DNA of 60,925 nucleotides from Polyangiales bacterium. Its GTDB lineage: Bacteria > Myxococcota_A > Polyangia > Polyangiales > Polyangiaceae. This document shows, in pieces, positions 1-9,575 of this stretch. The notes under the pieces were generated by a model, which saw nothing but the letters and a program-made list of their open reading frames with translations, did not search any database and was not told the DNA's origin. The position numbers were made by a program, and so were the translations under genes. The stretch covers positions 1 to 60,925 of the forward strand of contig JBBRNJ010000057.1 in assembly GCA_038230375.1 (NCBI GenBank), in the 5' to 3' direction. The number at the start of each line of letters is the position of its first letter. Positions within the stretch are counted from its first letter, which is position 1.

Positions 1-841
1 AGCGCCGCGTCGACGTCAGCAGCATCCGTGCGTGCTCCACCCGCAGCTTCTCCACCAGGCGGCGCGGCGTCGTACCCAGCACCTCGACGCAGCGTCGGTG
101 CAGCGTGCGCTCCGACATGCCCGCGAGCCGCGCCAGCCGCGGGACGTCCAGCGCGCGAAGACGCCCTCGTGCGCGCTGGATGACAATCCCCAGTGGGTCC
201 GAGCCGTCGCGCTGCGCGACCAGCGCGTCCGTGAACTGCGACTGGTAGCCCGGTCGGCGCGCGTACAGCACCAGCCGCGCGGCCACCTTGTCCGAGAGCG
301 CGCGGCCCATGTCGTCTTCGACCATCGCGAGCGCCATGTCGATTCCCGTGGTCACGCCCGCCGACGTCCACACGTTGCCCTGACGCACGTAGATCGCGTT
401 GGCGTCCACCGTCACCGCGGGCCGGTACGCCGCGAGGCGCGCACACGACGACCAGTGCGTCGCCGCGCGCTTTCCGTCCAGCAAGCCCGCCGCGGCGAGC
501 ACGAACGCACCGGAGCAGACCGACGCCGTGCGTGCGCCCAGGCTCACCGCGCGCGTCACGAAGCGAATCAGCTCTGCGTCGTGCATGGCGTGGCGAACGG
601 CTGCTTCCTCTCCGCCCGCGACGATGACGGTGTCGGTCTTCTTCAGTCGCACGTGCCGTAGTGCGATGGTCTGTACGGAGAACCCGCAGCTCGTTGTGAC
701 CTGCGCGCCGCTCGTGCTGGCCAGCACCACCGTGTAGGCGTCGTGGCCCAGCTCGCGCGACGTGGCCGCGAACACCTCTGCCGGTCCCGTCGCGTCCAGG
801 GTCTGCACGCCAGGAAAGCCAACGATGACGACGCGGGGCAT
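1..841 (-). CDS. GlxA-family AraC transcriptional regulator (DJ-1/PfpI + HTH), 3' end runs off the window
   Basis: Not in the ORF track. Manual translation from ATG 841 gives MPRVVIVGFPGVQTLDATGPAEVF...SVCSGAFVLA...TTHW...WTSAGVTTGIDMAL...RRPGYQSQF...AGMSERTLHRR. Divergent from a DJ-1 gene, the typical arrangement. Confidence 0.9.
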   Translation of the reverse strand, partial: MPRVVIVGFPGVQTLDATGPAEVFAATSRELGHDAYTVVLASTSGAQVTTSCGFSVQTIALRHVRLKKTDTVIVAGGEEAAVRHAMHDAELIRFVTRAVSLGARTASVCSGAFVLAAAGLLDGKRAATHWSSCARLAAYRPAVTVDANAIYVRQGNVWTSAGVTTGIDMALAMVEDDMGRALSDKVAARLVLYARRPGYQSQFTDALVAQRDGSDPLGIVIQRARGRLRALDVPRLARLAGMSERTLHRRCVEVLGTTPRRLVEKLRVEHARMLLTSTRR

Positions 842-876
842 TGGCAGAAAATACGATCACATTGACAAAACTGCCA
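842..876. promoter_or_regulatory. Inverted repeat TGGCAG-N23-CTGCCA, candidate operator of the GlxA-like regulator
   Basis: AT-rich spacer flanked by a 6-bp inverted repeat in the 79-bp gap between the divergent regulator and target genes. Confidence 0.4.
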
Positions 877-920
877 GCACTGCGAGCGCTATGAATCAAG
901 AAAGCGAGAGGATTCGACCA

Positions 921-1577
921 ATGACCACCCACATCGTGATGCTGCTCTACCCGGGCCTGACCCAGCTGGACCTCACCGGTCCGTTCGAGGTGCTGCGCCG
1001 CGCGCCCGACGTGCAGATCCATCTCGCGTGGAAGACCGTGGAGCTTGTCCGCTCCGACTCGGGCCTGGGGCTCATGCCCACCACCACGTTCCAGGCCTGT
1101 CCGCAGGGCGACGTGCTCTTCGTGCCCGGCGGTGGCGGCCAGGTCCCGCTCATGACCGACGAGCCCACGCTCGCGTTCCTGCGCGCGCAGGCGGAGCACG
1201 CGAAGTGGGTCACGTCCGTGTGCACGGGCGCTCTTCTGCTTGGCGCCGCTGGGCTACTGCGGGGATATCAGGCCGCCACGCACTGGGCGTTCATGGAGCT
1301 CCTGCCTGCGGTCGGCGCGGAGCCCGTCGCGGAGCGCGTGGTCGTCGATCGAAACCGCGTGACGGGCGGCGGTGTCACCGCGGGCATCGACTTTGGCCTG
1401 CGTCTACTCGCGTCGCTCTATGGTGATGCGGTGGCGAAGCGCGCACAGCTGGAGATCGAATACGATCCGGCACCGCCATGGAAGAGCGGCCATCCCCGCG
1501 ACGCAGAGCCAGAGATCGTCCTCGCAGCAACGAAGGGATTCCAGGAGCGCTTCGACGCCCGCAAGAAGCTGCTCTAG
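921..1577 (+). CDS. DJ-1/PfpI family protein (isonitrile hydratase InhA-like)
   Basis: LDLTGPFEV, VPGG, SVCTG (catalytic Cys), ATHW, GGVTAGIDFGL, IEYDPAPP. Start moved to ATG 921, which follows GAGAGG. Confidence 0.9.
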   Translation: MTTHIVMLLYPGLTQLDLTGPFEVLRRAPDVQIHLAWKTVELVRSDSGLGLMPTTTFQACPQGDVLFVPGGGGQVPLMTDEPTLAFLRAQAEHAKWVTSVCTGALLLGAAGLLRGYQAATHWAFMELLPAVGAEPVAERVVVDRNRVTGGGVTAGIDFGLRLLASLYGDAVAKRAQLEIEYDPAPPWKSGHPRDAEPEIVLAATKGFQERFDARKKLL

Positions 1578-3481
1578 CGATCGATGCCGAGCAAGACGCG
1601 TAGGGCCTTGCGGGCGGACGCCAGGAACAGTGTCTCGCCGATCGGAGGGAACGCCGCAGCGTCCATCGGCGCGGTGAAGAGCGCGCCCTTCTGGCTCAAG
1701 GAGGCATACACCGGTGAGGCAAAGACCGAGAGCGGCCGCGAAAGAAGCCCGACCTCGGCGCGATCCCAGTCCTCGAGCGGCGAGGCATCGCCAAGGACGC
1801 GGAGATTGGGCCTTGGATCGCCCAGGAGCTGGATCACGGCGCGAAGGTCCGGCGAGCGCGTGGGGTCGCGTTCGCCCATCATCGTGAAACCGACGACGTC
1901 GACCGACGCGACGTCTGCGCCGGCCAGGATCACGCGCGGATGCTTCGGGGTTGGATCGGCGATCACGCCCATCAGGCCATCGGCAGCGTTCTCGTAGCCG
2001 TCGATGATGCCGAAGTGCGGCGGGAAATCGTGCAGTACCGCCGCCGAGATCTGCGCGAAGTCCGACAAACGATCCGAGAAGAAGTACTCGCCGTCCTGGG
2101 GCACCACCGTCCCGGTGTTGAGGAGCGTGAGCTGGCCGATCGCGGTTGGGTGGGTCTTGAGCTTCGCGAAGGAGATCCGCGCGTGGGCGTCGCGCCAGGT
2201 CTTGCTGATCGTGGTCGGGCCCATCGCGTGTGCGAAGGCATGCGTCTCCTGATCGCTCGCAAGGTCGACCAGCCGAAAGCGCTCCGGGATGAGGCCGACG
2301 TAGCGCGCGACCTCTTCGATCGAGCGGTGCGCGTAGTAGCGGCCGTAGACATTCTGCGCGTCGCAGACAACGAGGCGGCGGTAGCCGTGGTCCCAGAGCA
2401 GGCTCACGAGGCGCGTGACCAGCTCGGGGTCCACGTACGTCGAGCGATCGTCCTTGTGGTACGCCAGCATCAGGTCGATCTTCACCGCGACCTCGAGCTC
2501 GAGGGCCGGCACGTTGCACGCCTTGCATCGTGCCGCGAGGACGTCGAAGAGTCCGGCCGCCTCGATCGCGCGGTCGAACGTCGAGAGCTTGTCCTTCATG
2601 TCCCGCGCGTGCGGGACGCCACCGCCAATGCCGCGCGCGACGACGACGAGCCCACCGACGCAGACGGGGTGATGCGTGGTCAACGCCGCTTCGCGTGGGT
2701 CAGATGAGCGTGGCGCCTCGAACCAACCCTCGACGCGCGCGATCGCCGCGCGGAGCTCGTCGACCGTGCGCCCCGCCGCGAGACCGTTGTCGTCGCCAAG
2801 GAACGCGGAGAGTACGTCGAACACCTCCTTGTGCGCGCGCTCGTCCTTGAGCATTCGCTCGAACTCACCGACGAAGCCCGCTGGCAGCTCGCAGTCCGGG
2901 TACCTCTCCGGGGTTGCCGCGACCTCACGAGCGAGCTCGATCATGCGGCCGAACGAGAGGACCGCGCTGTGCTCCGCATCCGCCGAGAACGCGCACCAGT
3001 CGCGGATCGGAGCGTTCACCAGGGCGCTCTTCACCTCGTCCGGGATGCGCCCGGTGAGGTTTCCGCCGAGCTCGACCAGCTTCGCGGTCACGCGCTCTGC
3101 GGGCGCCTCGCTGAAGCTCGTATGCTGGACGACCGCGGTCATCCATCCGCCGACGCCGCCTTCGATGTCCTCACGGCGAGCGCCGAGCTTTACGAGCAGC
3201 TCGCGTTGTCGGAGCAGTACGCCGAGCACGTAGCGGGCGTGGAGGCTCTCATCGAGCCAGATCTGAAGGATCAAACGGCTGATGAGCCTCCGCGCATCAT
3301 CATCGAGGGGAGCGCGCGCCAGGCGTTTGTCGAGCCTGGCGACGTCATAGCCCACGGCCGCGACACGCTCGCGTTGAACGGCGACGAGGAGGTGCTCTGT
3401 CAGCTCCTTGTCGGGGCGCCCTGCGCACCGTGCGCGTCGCTCTTCGATCTCGAGGGCGACGGCCTCGCTGATGGTGCTCAT
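1574..3481 (-). CDS. Fusion of an N-terminal ferritin-like di-iron domain and a C-terminal DUF362 domain
   Basis: RERVA / DESLH / AEHSA / DERAH pattern (E..ExxH twice), followed by KIDL...VDPELV, AKLKTH, IIDG..G and D..SVD motifs typical of DUF362. Start MSTISE at 3481. Confidence 0.7.
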   Translation of the reverse strand: MSTISEAVALEIEERRARCAGRPDKELTEHLLVAVQRERVAAVGYDVARLDKRLARAPLDDDARRLISRLILQIWLDESLHARYVLGVLLRQRELLVKLGARREDIEGGVGGWMTAVVQHTSFSEAPAERVTAKLVELGGNLTGRIPDEVKSALVNAPIRDWCAFSADAEHSAVLSFGRMIELAREVAATPERYPDCELPAGFVGEFERMLKDERAHKEVFDVLSAFLGDDNGLAAGRTVDELRAAIARVEGWFEAPRSSDPREAALTTHHPVCVGGLVVVARGIGGGVPHARDMKDKLSTFDRAIEAAGLFDVLAARCKACNVPALELEVAVKIDLMLAYHKDDRSTYVDPELVTRLVSLLWDHGYRRLVVCDAQNVYGRYYAHRSIEEVARYVGLIPERFRLVDLASDQETHAFAHAMGPTTISKTWRDAHARISFAKLKTHPTAIGQLTLLNTGTVVPQDGEYFFSDRLSDFAQISAAVLHDFPPHFGIIDGYENAADGLMGVIADPTPKHPRVILAGADVASVDVVGFTMMGERDPTRSPDLRAVIQLLGDPRPNLRVLGDASPLEDWDRAEVGLLSRPLSVFASPVYASLSQKGALFTAPMDAAAFPPIGETLFLASARKALRVLLGIDR

Positions 3482-3545
3482 TGCGCCGCAAAGCGTATCG
3501 TTGTCGTCGCCCGCGCGGCGCAGGTTTGTTACCGTCTTCCGAACC

Positions 3546-4943
3546 ATGGACCTTGCACCTGCGCTTCGCGATCGCCTCACCGACATCGTCGGCCCCGACG
3601 GCGTCACCACCGACGCAGGCGACCTCACCGAATACGGCCGCGACTGGACGCGGGTCTTCTCCCCCGCTCCCCGCGCCATCGTCTTCCCGCACAGCACGGA
3701 CCAGGTCGCGCGCATCGTGCGCCTCGCGAACGAGCTCCACGTCCCGATCGTCCCCTCCGGCGGTCGCACGGGACTCGCTGCCGGCGCGGTCGCAAAGGAC
3801 GGCGAGCTCGTCGTCTCCCTCTCCAAGATGCGCGCGATGTCGGAGGTCGACCTCCTTGGGCAGACGCTCCACGTCCAGGCCGGCGCCGTCACGCAGGCCG
3901 TGCACGAGCACGCCGCAAAGCACGGCCTCACGTGGCCCGTGGATTTCGCGTCCAAGGGCAGTAGCCAGGTGGGCGGCAACATCGCCACGAACGCGGGCGG
4001 CGTTCGCGTCATTCGCTACGGCGTCACGCGCGCGTGGGTGCTCGGGCTCACCGTGGTCACTGGCAAGGGCGACGTGCTCACATTGAACGGCGCGCTCGAG
4101 AAGAACAACACGGGCATGGACCTGCGCCAGCTCTTCATCGGCAGCGAAGGCATCCTTGGCATCGTCACCGAGGCCACCCTGAAGCTCACGCGCCTGCCGC
4201 AGCGCACGGATGTCATGCTCTTTGCGGTGAGCGGCATCGACGCGGTGCTCTCGCTCTTCCGCGCGGCCAAGGAGTCCGGCCTCACAGTCTCCGCGTACGA
4301 GTTCTTCACGGACAAGTGCTTTGCGCGCCTGTCCCGTCATCGCAACGTGCGCTGGCCCTTCTCCGCGCCGTCCTCGCACTGCGTCCTCTTCGAGACGGAG
4401 AACGCCACCCAGGACGCGCTGCTCGCGTTCATGGAGAAGGTCGCGGAGTCCGGCGTCATCGCCGACGCGATCCTGGCCCAGCACGCCGCGCAGGCGCGTG
4501 AGCTGTGGGAGCTGCGTGAAGGAATCAGCGAGTCGCTCAGCGCCACCGGCACGCCGCACAAGAACGACATCTCGCTGCCCATCGCCGCGCTCTCGGCGTT
4601 CACCGCAGAGCTCGAGGCCGTTTTTGCTGCAAAATACCCGGGCTGGGAGATCTGCGTGTTCGGCCACGTGGGTGACGGCAACCTGCACATCAACGTGATG
4701 AAGCCTGAGGCGCTCACCAAGGAAGAGTTCCTCGGGAAGACGAAGCCCGCCGACCATGAGCTCTTCGCGCTGGTGAAGAAGCACGACGGCAGCATCTCCG
4801 CCGAGCACGGCATCGGTCTCCTGAAGAAGCCCTACCTCTCGTACACGCGCGGCGACGCGGACATTGCGGTCATGCGCGCAGTGAAGCACGCGCTCGATCC
4901 GAACGGCATCATGAACCCCGGCAAGGTCCTGGATCCGTCGTGA
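3546..4943 (+). CDS. FAD-linked oxidase, D-2-hydroxyglutarate dehydrogenase-like (GlcD/VAO family)
   Basis: YGRDWT..PAP.AIVFP, PSGGRTGL, PVDFAS.GSSQ.GGN..TNAGG, LFIGSEG, FGHVGDGNLH, SAEHGIG, DP.GIMNPGK. Confidence 0.85.
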   Translation: MDLAPALRDRLTDIVGPDGVTTDAGDLTEYGRDWTRVFSPAPRAIVFPHSTDQVARIVRLANELHVPIVPSGGRTGLAAGAVAKDGELVVSLSKMRAMSEVDLLGQTLHVQAGAVTQAVHEHAAKHGLTWPVDFASKGSSQVGGNIATNAGGVRVIRYGVTRAWVLGLTVVTGKGDVLTLNGALEKNNTGMDLRQLFIGSEGILGIVTEATLKLTRLPQRTDVMLFAVSGIDAVLSLFRAAKESGLTVSAYEFFTDKCFARLSRHRNVRWPFSAPSSHCVLFETENATQDALLAFMEKVAESGVIADAILAQHAAQARELWELREGISESLSATGTPHKNDISLPIAALSAFTAELEAVFAAKYPGWEICVFGHVGDGNLHINVMKPEALTKEEFLGKTKPADHELFALVKKHDGSISAEHGIGLLKKPYLSYTRGDADIAVMRAVKHALDPNGIMNPGKVLDPS

Positions 4944-4996
4944 GCCAGGCCGCGCGTCGGGAATGAAAGTGCGGGCACGATGGTCGGGGTAGACAC

Positions 4997-6463
4997 ATGG
5001 CGCGCGTGAACAGCTTGCTCTCGATCGTGATTGACCAGGGCGCCAACGAGCTTCGACTCGTCTCCGACAAGGAGCCGAAGATGCTGGCGTACGGCGCGCC
5101 GCGCAAGCTCTCCATTCCCACCATGTCCGACGAGACAGTGCGCGCGTTCCTGGGCGATCTGCTGTCTCCCGAGACCGAGCAGCTGCTCCGCGACAACGGG
5201 CGCGCCGACGTCCGCTACGACGCGCCGGACATCGGGACCTTCCACGTGGCGCTCACGCCGCACGGAGAGGGCGGGATCTCCGCGGTCTTCATGAAGGGCG
5301 GAGCCTCCGCTTCACGCGTTACGGCCGCGACACCACGCACCGACGCGGCGCGCGCGGACGCCATCCACGAAGCGGTGGTCCCCGCATCGGACCGCGAGCC
5401 CCCGATGAGCGGCGTCAGCGCAGACCTCGCGTCGCTCGTCTCTCGTGCAGCCCAGCTCCGCGCCAGCGATCTCCATCTCACCGACGGTGAGCCGCCGGTC
5501 GTGAGGGTCGACGGCGCGCTACGTCGCCTCGATGACACGGCGTTTCGGGATGTGGCGTCGCTCCTTGGCCTGTCCGACGGCGCGAAGGAACGGACCCGCG
5601 CGCGCTCGTTCGATGCGGGCTACGACATCGCTGACGTGGGCCGCGTGCGTGTGCACGTCTTCTCCACGGCCGATGGCCTGGCGGCCGCGGTGCGATTGCT
5701 CCCTCCCTCTGCGCCGTCGTTCGCGTCGCTCGACATGCCCGTGCCCTTCGACGACGTGGTGTCCCTGCCACACGGCCTGGTGCTGGTGTGCGGTGCCACG
5801 GGCTCCGGCAAATCCACCACCCTCGCGTCGCTCGCGCAGGAGGCGCTGCGACGTCGGTCCATCGTGCTGGTCACGCTCGAAGATCCCATCGAGTACAAAC
5901 TCGCGCCCACGGCGCGCTCGCTGGTGCGGCGGAGGCAGGTCGGCCGCGAGGTCACGGATTTCGCGTCGGGTCTCCGCGACGCGCTTCGCGAGGACCCCGA
6001 CGTGCTGCTCGTCGGTGAGATGCGCGACGCGGAGACCATCGCGCTCGCGCTCACTGCGGCGGAGACGGGCCACCTGGTGCTCGCGTCCATCCACTCTCGG
6101 GGCGCCACCTCCGCAGTGGAGCGCATCGTGGACGCGTGTCCGCCAGAGCGTCATGCGCAGGTGCGCGCGCAGCTCGCGGAGTCGCTTCGCGTGGTCGTTG
6201 GGCAGCGGCTCGTGCCACGCGCCCGCGGCACTGGACGCATCCCGGCCGTGGAGATCCTTCGCGTGACCCGCGGCGTCGCATCGCTCATCAGGGAGGGCAA
6301 GACCGCGCAGCTGCCGAGCGCCATTCAATCGGGGCGAAAAGACGGCTCGATCTCGCTCGAACGCTCGCTCGCCGATCGGGTCAAGGCCGGCGAGATTCGC
6401 GCCGAGGACGCGCGCGCCAATGCGAACGATCTCGATGCTCTGCAGTCCTACCTGGCCAGCTGA
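4997..6463 (+). CDS. PilT/PilU-family type IV pilus ATPase with a duplicated N-terminal domain
   Basis: ASDLHL..G.PP..RVDG, Walker A GATGSGKST, TLEDPIEY, ALREDPDVLLVGEMRD, TGHLVLASIH. Confidence 0.85.
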   Translation: MARVNSLLSIVIDQGANELRLVSDKEPKMLAYGAPRKLSIPTMSDETVRAFLGDLLSPETEQLLRDNGRADVRYDAPDIGTFHVALTPHGEGGISAVFMKGGASASRVTAATPRTDAARADAIHEAVVPASDREPPMSGVSADLASLVSRAAQLRASDLHLTDGEPPVVRVDGALRRLDDTAFRDVASLLGLSDGAKERTRARSFDAGYDIADVGRVRVHVFSTADGLAAAVRLLPPSAPSFASLDMPVPFDDVVSLPHGLVLVCGATGSGKSTTLASLAQEALRRRSIVLVTLEDPIEYKLAPTARSLVRRRQVGREVTDFASGLRDALREDPDVLLVGEMRDAETIALALTAAETGHLVLASIHSRGATSAVERIVDACPPERHAQVRAQLAESLRVVVGQRLVPRARGTGRIPAVEILRVTRGVASLIREGKTAQLPSAIQSGRKDGSISLERSLADRVKAGEIRAEDARANANDLDALQSYLAS

Positions 6464-6520
6464 CAGCGCACCTGCGGAAGGCCGTGGCCTCCCCCGCGCC
6501 TCTTCGCGTAGCATCGCCCG

Positions 6521-8077
6521 ATGTCGTACACGACGGTCACGCACCACTCGCTCGGCGGAAACATCCTCCGCTCCATCAAGAGCTTCTTCGTCGGCCTGAT
6601 CCTCTTCGTGATCTCGTTTCCGGTCCTCTGGTGGAACGAAGGGCGCCTTGACGTCTCGACCGTCGCCAAGACCGCCACCGTGATCACGGCGGATGGGGCA
6701 GGGGGCAAGGCAGAGGGCGCGCTCATCGCCGTCACCGCTGGCCTCGCCACCGACGAGACGCTGGGTGATCCGGACTTCCTGAAGCCCGCGACGCACATCC
6801 AGATCAAGCGCAAGAGCGAGATGTTCGCGTGGGTCGAGAAGCGAGAGAGCCACGAGCGCGATCGCATCGGCGGCGGCAGCGACACCATCACGACCTACAC
6901 GTACGACACGCAGTGGACGGACGACCCGCAGAAGTCGGACGGCTTCCAGGAGCCGGAGGACCACGAGAACCCGGAGTTCCCGGTCGACTCGAAGGATCTC
7001 TTCGCGAACAGCGCGAAGGTCGGCGCGTTCGTGATCACGCCCAAGGAGATCGAGCTGCCGCCCACCAAGCCCTTGCCCATCGACGACTCCATGATGATCT
7101 CCTACGCACCGCACGTGGCTCCCGTGCAACCTGCGCATGTGGCGCCTGCCGTGAAGCCGCACGGCTCCGCGTCCGCACCCCCGCACGGCTCCGCGGTCGC
7201 GCCGCATGCCACGGCAGCACCGCACGCTTCCGGCTCGCCCGCCCCGAAGTCGAGCGCACCCAAGGCAGCCGCGCCCGCGAAGCCCGGCGCATCCGGCAGC
7301 GCCGCAGCGCAGCCCGAGAACAACAACGACGTCGTGCACTCGAACCGCCCCGTGGCGGAGCTTCACCCGCATCGCGACGGCACCTTCATCTACATGGGCG
7401 GTGGCACCATTGCGCACCCGGGGGTGGGCGACGTGCGTGTCTCGTTCTCCGTGGTGGATCCCATGCCCGGCCCGGTCACGCTCTACGGCATTCGCAAGGG
7501 CAACACCGTCACGCCGTGGATCGAGCCCGGTGACAAGATCCTGCCCGCAAAGCTCTATCGCGTCGTTCCCGGTACGCACGCCGAGGCGATCAAGTTGATG
7601 CATGGCGAGTACGAGACCACGACGTGGGTCATCCGCTTCATCGGCTTCTTCCTCATGTGGTTCGGACTCGCGCTGACGGTGTCACCGATCAACGCGGTGC
7701 TGTCGATCGTCCCATTCCTTGGACAGGCCGGCCGCCTGATGACGAGCGTCGTGATGTTCCCCATGGCGCTCGTGCTCACGGGGCTGACGATCTCTCTCTC
7801 GATCATCGCGCACCATCCGCTGATGCTGATCGTCCCCGTGGTTGTCGCCGTGGGAATTTTTGGTGCGGTGCGCATGTTCGGGAAGAAGACCCCGCCGATG
7901 CAGCCCGGGATGGCGCCGCAGCAAGGCGGCTATCCGCAGCAGGGATACCCGCCGCAGGGTGGCTATGGTGGTCCTCCTCCGGGTGGCGGCTATGGCGGTC
8001 CTCCTCCGGGTGGCGGCTATGGCGGTCCTCCTCCGGGTGGCGGCTATGGCGGTCCTCCTCCGGGCGGCGGATACTGA
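6521..8077 (+). CDS. TMEM43/DUF1625-like membrane protein
   Basis: N-terminal TM ending in LWWNEGR, EMFAWVE, TYTY..QW, GDVRVSF, TWVIRFIGFFLMWFG, C-terminal TM helices and a Gly/Pro/Tyr tail. Confidence 0.75.
   Translation: MSYTTVTHHSLGGNILRSIKSFFVGLILFVISFPVLWWNEGRLDVSTVAKTATVITADGAGGKAEGALIAVTAGLATDETLGDPDFLKPATHIQIKRKSEMFAWVEKRESHERDRIGGGSDTITTYTYDTQWTDDPQKSDGFQEPEDHENPEFPVDSKDLFANSAKVGAFVITPKEIELPPTKPLPIDDSMMISYAPHVAPVQPAHVAPAVKPHGSASAPPHGSAVAPHATAAPHASGSPAPKSSAPKAAAPAKPGASGSAAAQPENNNDVVHSNRPVAELHPHRDGTFIYMGGGTIAHPGVGDVRVSFSVVDPMPGPVTLYGIRKGNTVTPWIEPGDKILPAKLYRVVPGTHAEAIKLMHGEYETTTWVIRFIGFFLMWFGLALTVSPINAVLSIVPFLGQAGRLMTSVVMFPMALVLTGLTISLSIIAHHPLMLIVPVVVAVGIFGAVRMFGKKTPPMQPGMAPQQGGYPQQGYPPQGGYGGPPPGGGYGGPPPGGGYGGPPPGGGYGGPPPGGGY
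7961..8068 (+). repeat. 4 x 27-bp tandem repeat encoding GYGGPPPGG
   Basis: Unit ggctatggcggtcctcctccgggtggc, near-identical copies, in frame. Confidence 0.95.
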
Positions 8078-8116
8078 CTGCACTCGTCCCTGCCGTGATG
8101 GTAGGGTGCGCGCGCC

Positions 8117-9262
8117 ATGCAGATCGCCGTCCTCACGGAAGCGCTCGATATCGAGCGGCGTGTCCCGATCGTTCCGGAATCGGTGAAGCGCCTGCTCGGA
8201 AAGAAGATCCAGACCACAGTCGAGCCTGGCGCAGGTGAGCGCGCGCTGTCCTCGGACGCGACCTACACCGCGGAAGGCGCGACCGTGGCTGCGTCACGCA
8301 AGGATGCGATCGATACCGCCGACCTCGTCATGCGCATCCGCGTTCCTTCACTCGACGAAGTGACGGAGATGAAGGAAGGGCAGGCTCTGGTTGCGCCGCT
8401 CCTGCCGCTCGTGAACACGGAGCTCGTGAAGGCGCTCGCGGAGCGGAAGATCACCGCGTTCTCGGTGGACGCCATCCCGCGCACCACCGTCGCGCAGATG
8501 ATGGACGTGCTGTCCTCGCAGGCCACGTGCTCCGGATATCACGCCGTGCTCATGGCAGCCGCCGCGCTCCCGCGCTTCTTTCCCATGTTCATCACGGCGG
8601 CGGGCACCATCGCCCCCGCGACCGCGCTCATCATGGGTGCTGGCGTCGCTGGCCTCTCCGCGATCGGCACCGCGAAGCGTCTGGGCGCGCGCGTGGAGGC
8701 GTTCGACGTGCGCAAGGTCACGAAGGAGCAGGTCGAGAGCCTGGGCGCGAAGTTCGTCGAGGTCGAAGGAACCGAGGACGCCGCCGCTGCCGGTGGCTAC
8801 GCCAAGGAGCTCTCTGAAGACGCGAAGAAGAAGCAGGCTGACGCCATCGCCAGGCACGCCGCCAAGGCAGACGTGATCATCTGCACTGCGCTCATTCCCG
8901 GCCGTCGCGCGCCCATCCTCATCACGAAGGAGATGGTCGCTTCCATGAAGCCCGGCTCCGTCATCGTGGACCTGGCTTCGGAGCAGCAAGGCAACTGCGA
9001 GCTCACGGAGCCCGGCAAGACAGTCGTGAAGCACGGCGTGACCATCATCGGTTCGCTGGATTTTCCCAGTCACGTCGCCGTTCACGCAAGCCAGATGTAC
9101 TCACGCAACATGGAGAAGCTCCTCTACCACCTGACGAAGGACGGCGTGCTCAAGCTCGAGCGCGATGAGGAGATCACGAAGGGCTGCCTCATCACACACG
9201 CCGGAGAGATCGTGCACGAGAAGGCCAAGGCCGCTCAATCCGAGAAGGGAGTCGTGGCATGA
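8117..9262 (+). CDS. pntAA: NAD(P) transhydrogenase alpha subunit, part 1 (domain I)
   Basis: ERRVP..PE, IPRTT.AQ.MDVLSSQ, GAGVAGL.AI.TAKRLGA, GGYAKE, TALIPGR.AP, GNCEL, HASQMY. Confidence 0.95.
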   Translation: MQIAVLTEALDIERRVPIVPESVKRLLGKKIQTTVEPGAGERALSSDATYTAEGATVAASRKDAIDTADLVMRIRVPSLDEVTEMKEGQALVAPLLPLVNTELVKALAERKITAFSVDAIPRTTVAQMMDVLSSQATCSGYHAVLMAAAALPRFFPMFITAAGTIAPATALIMGAGVAGLSAIGTAKRLGARVEAFDVRKVTKEQVESLGAKFVEVEGTEDAAAAGGYAKELSEDAKKKQADAIARHAAKADVIICTALIPGRRAPILITKEMVASMKPGSVIVDLASEQQGNCELTEPGKTVVKHGVTIIGSLDFPSHVAVHASQMYSRNMEKLLYHLTKDGVLKLERDEEITKGCLITHAGEIVHEKAKAAQSEKGVVA

Positions 9263-9573
9263 GCTCCGAGATCATCTTCGGGTTGTACATCTTCGCGCTG
9301 GCGACCTTCGTTGGCTACCAGGTCATCTCGCGCGTCCCTGCGCTGCTGCACACGCCGCTGATGAGCGGCACGAACGCCATCAGCGGTATCTCGTTGGTCG
9401 GCTCCCTTGTCGCGGCTGGCCGCGGACACGATGCGATCTCCACTGCGCTCGGCACCATCGCCGTTGCGGCCGCAACCATCAACGTGGTCGGCGGCTTCAT
9501 GATCACGGACCGCATGCTCCGCATGTTCAAGTCGAAGAAGGCTCCTGCCTCGTTGCCCGAGAAGAAGGCCTGA
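9259..9573 (+). CDS. pntAB: NAD(P) transhydrogenase alpha subunit, part 2
   Basis: LHTPLMSGTNAISG, NVVGGF..TDRML.MF. ATGA overlap with pntAA. Confidence 0.95.
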   Translation: MSSEIIFGLYIFALATFVGYQVISRVPALLHTPLMSGTNAISGISLVGSLVAAGRGHDAISTALGTIAVAAATINVVGGFMITDRMLRMFKSKKAPASLPEKKA

Positions 9574-9575
9574 TC

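Noticed and set aside
862..895. TTGACA as the sigma70 -35 for the DJ-1 gene
   Set aside because: No acceptable -10 at 16-18 bp spacing.
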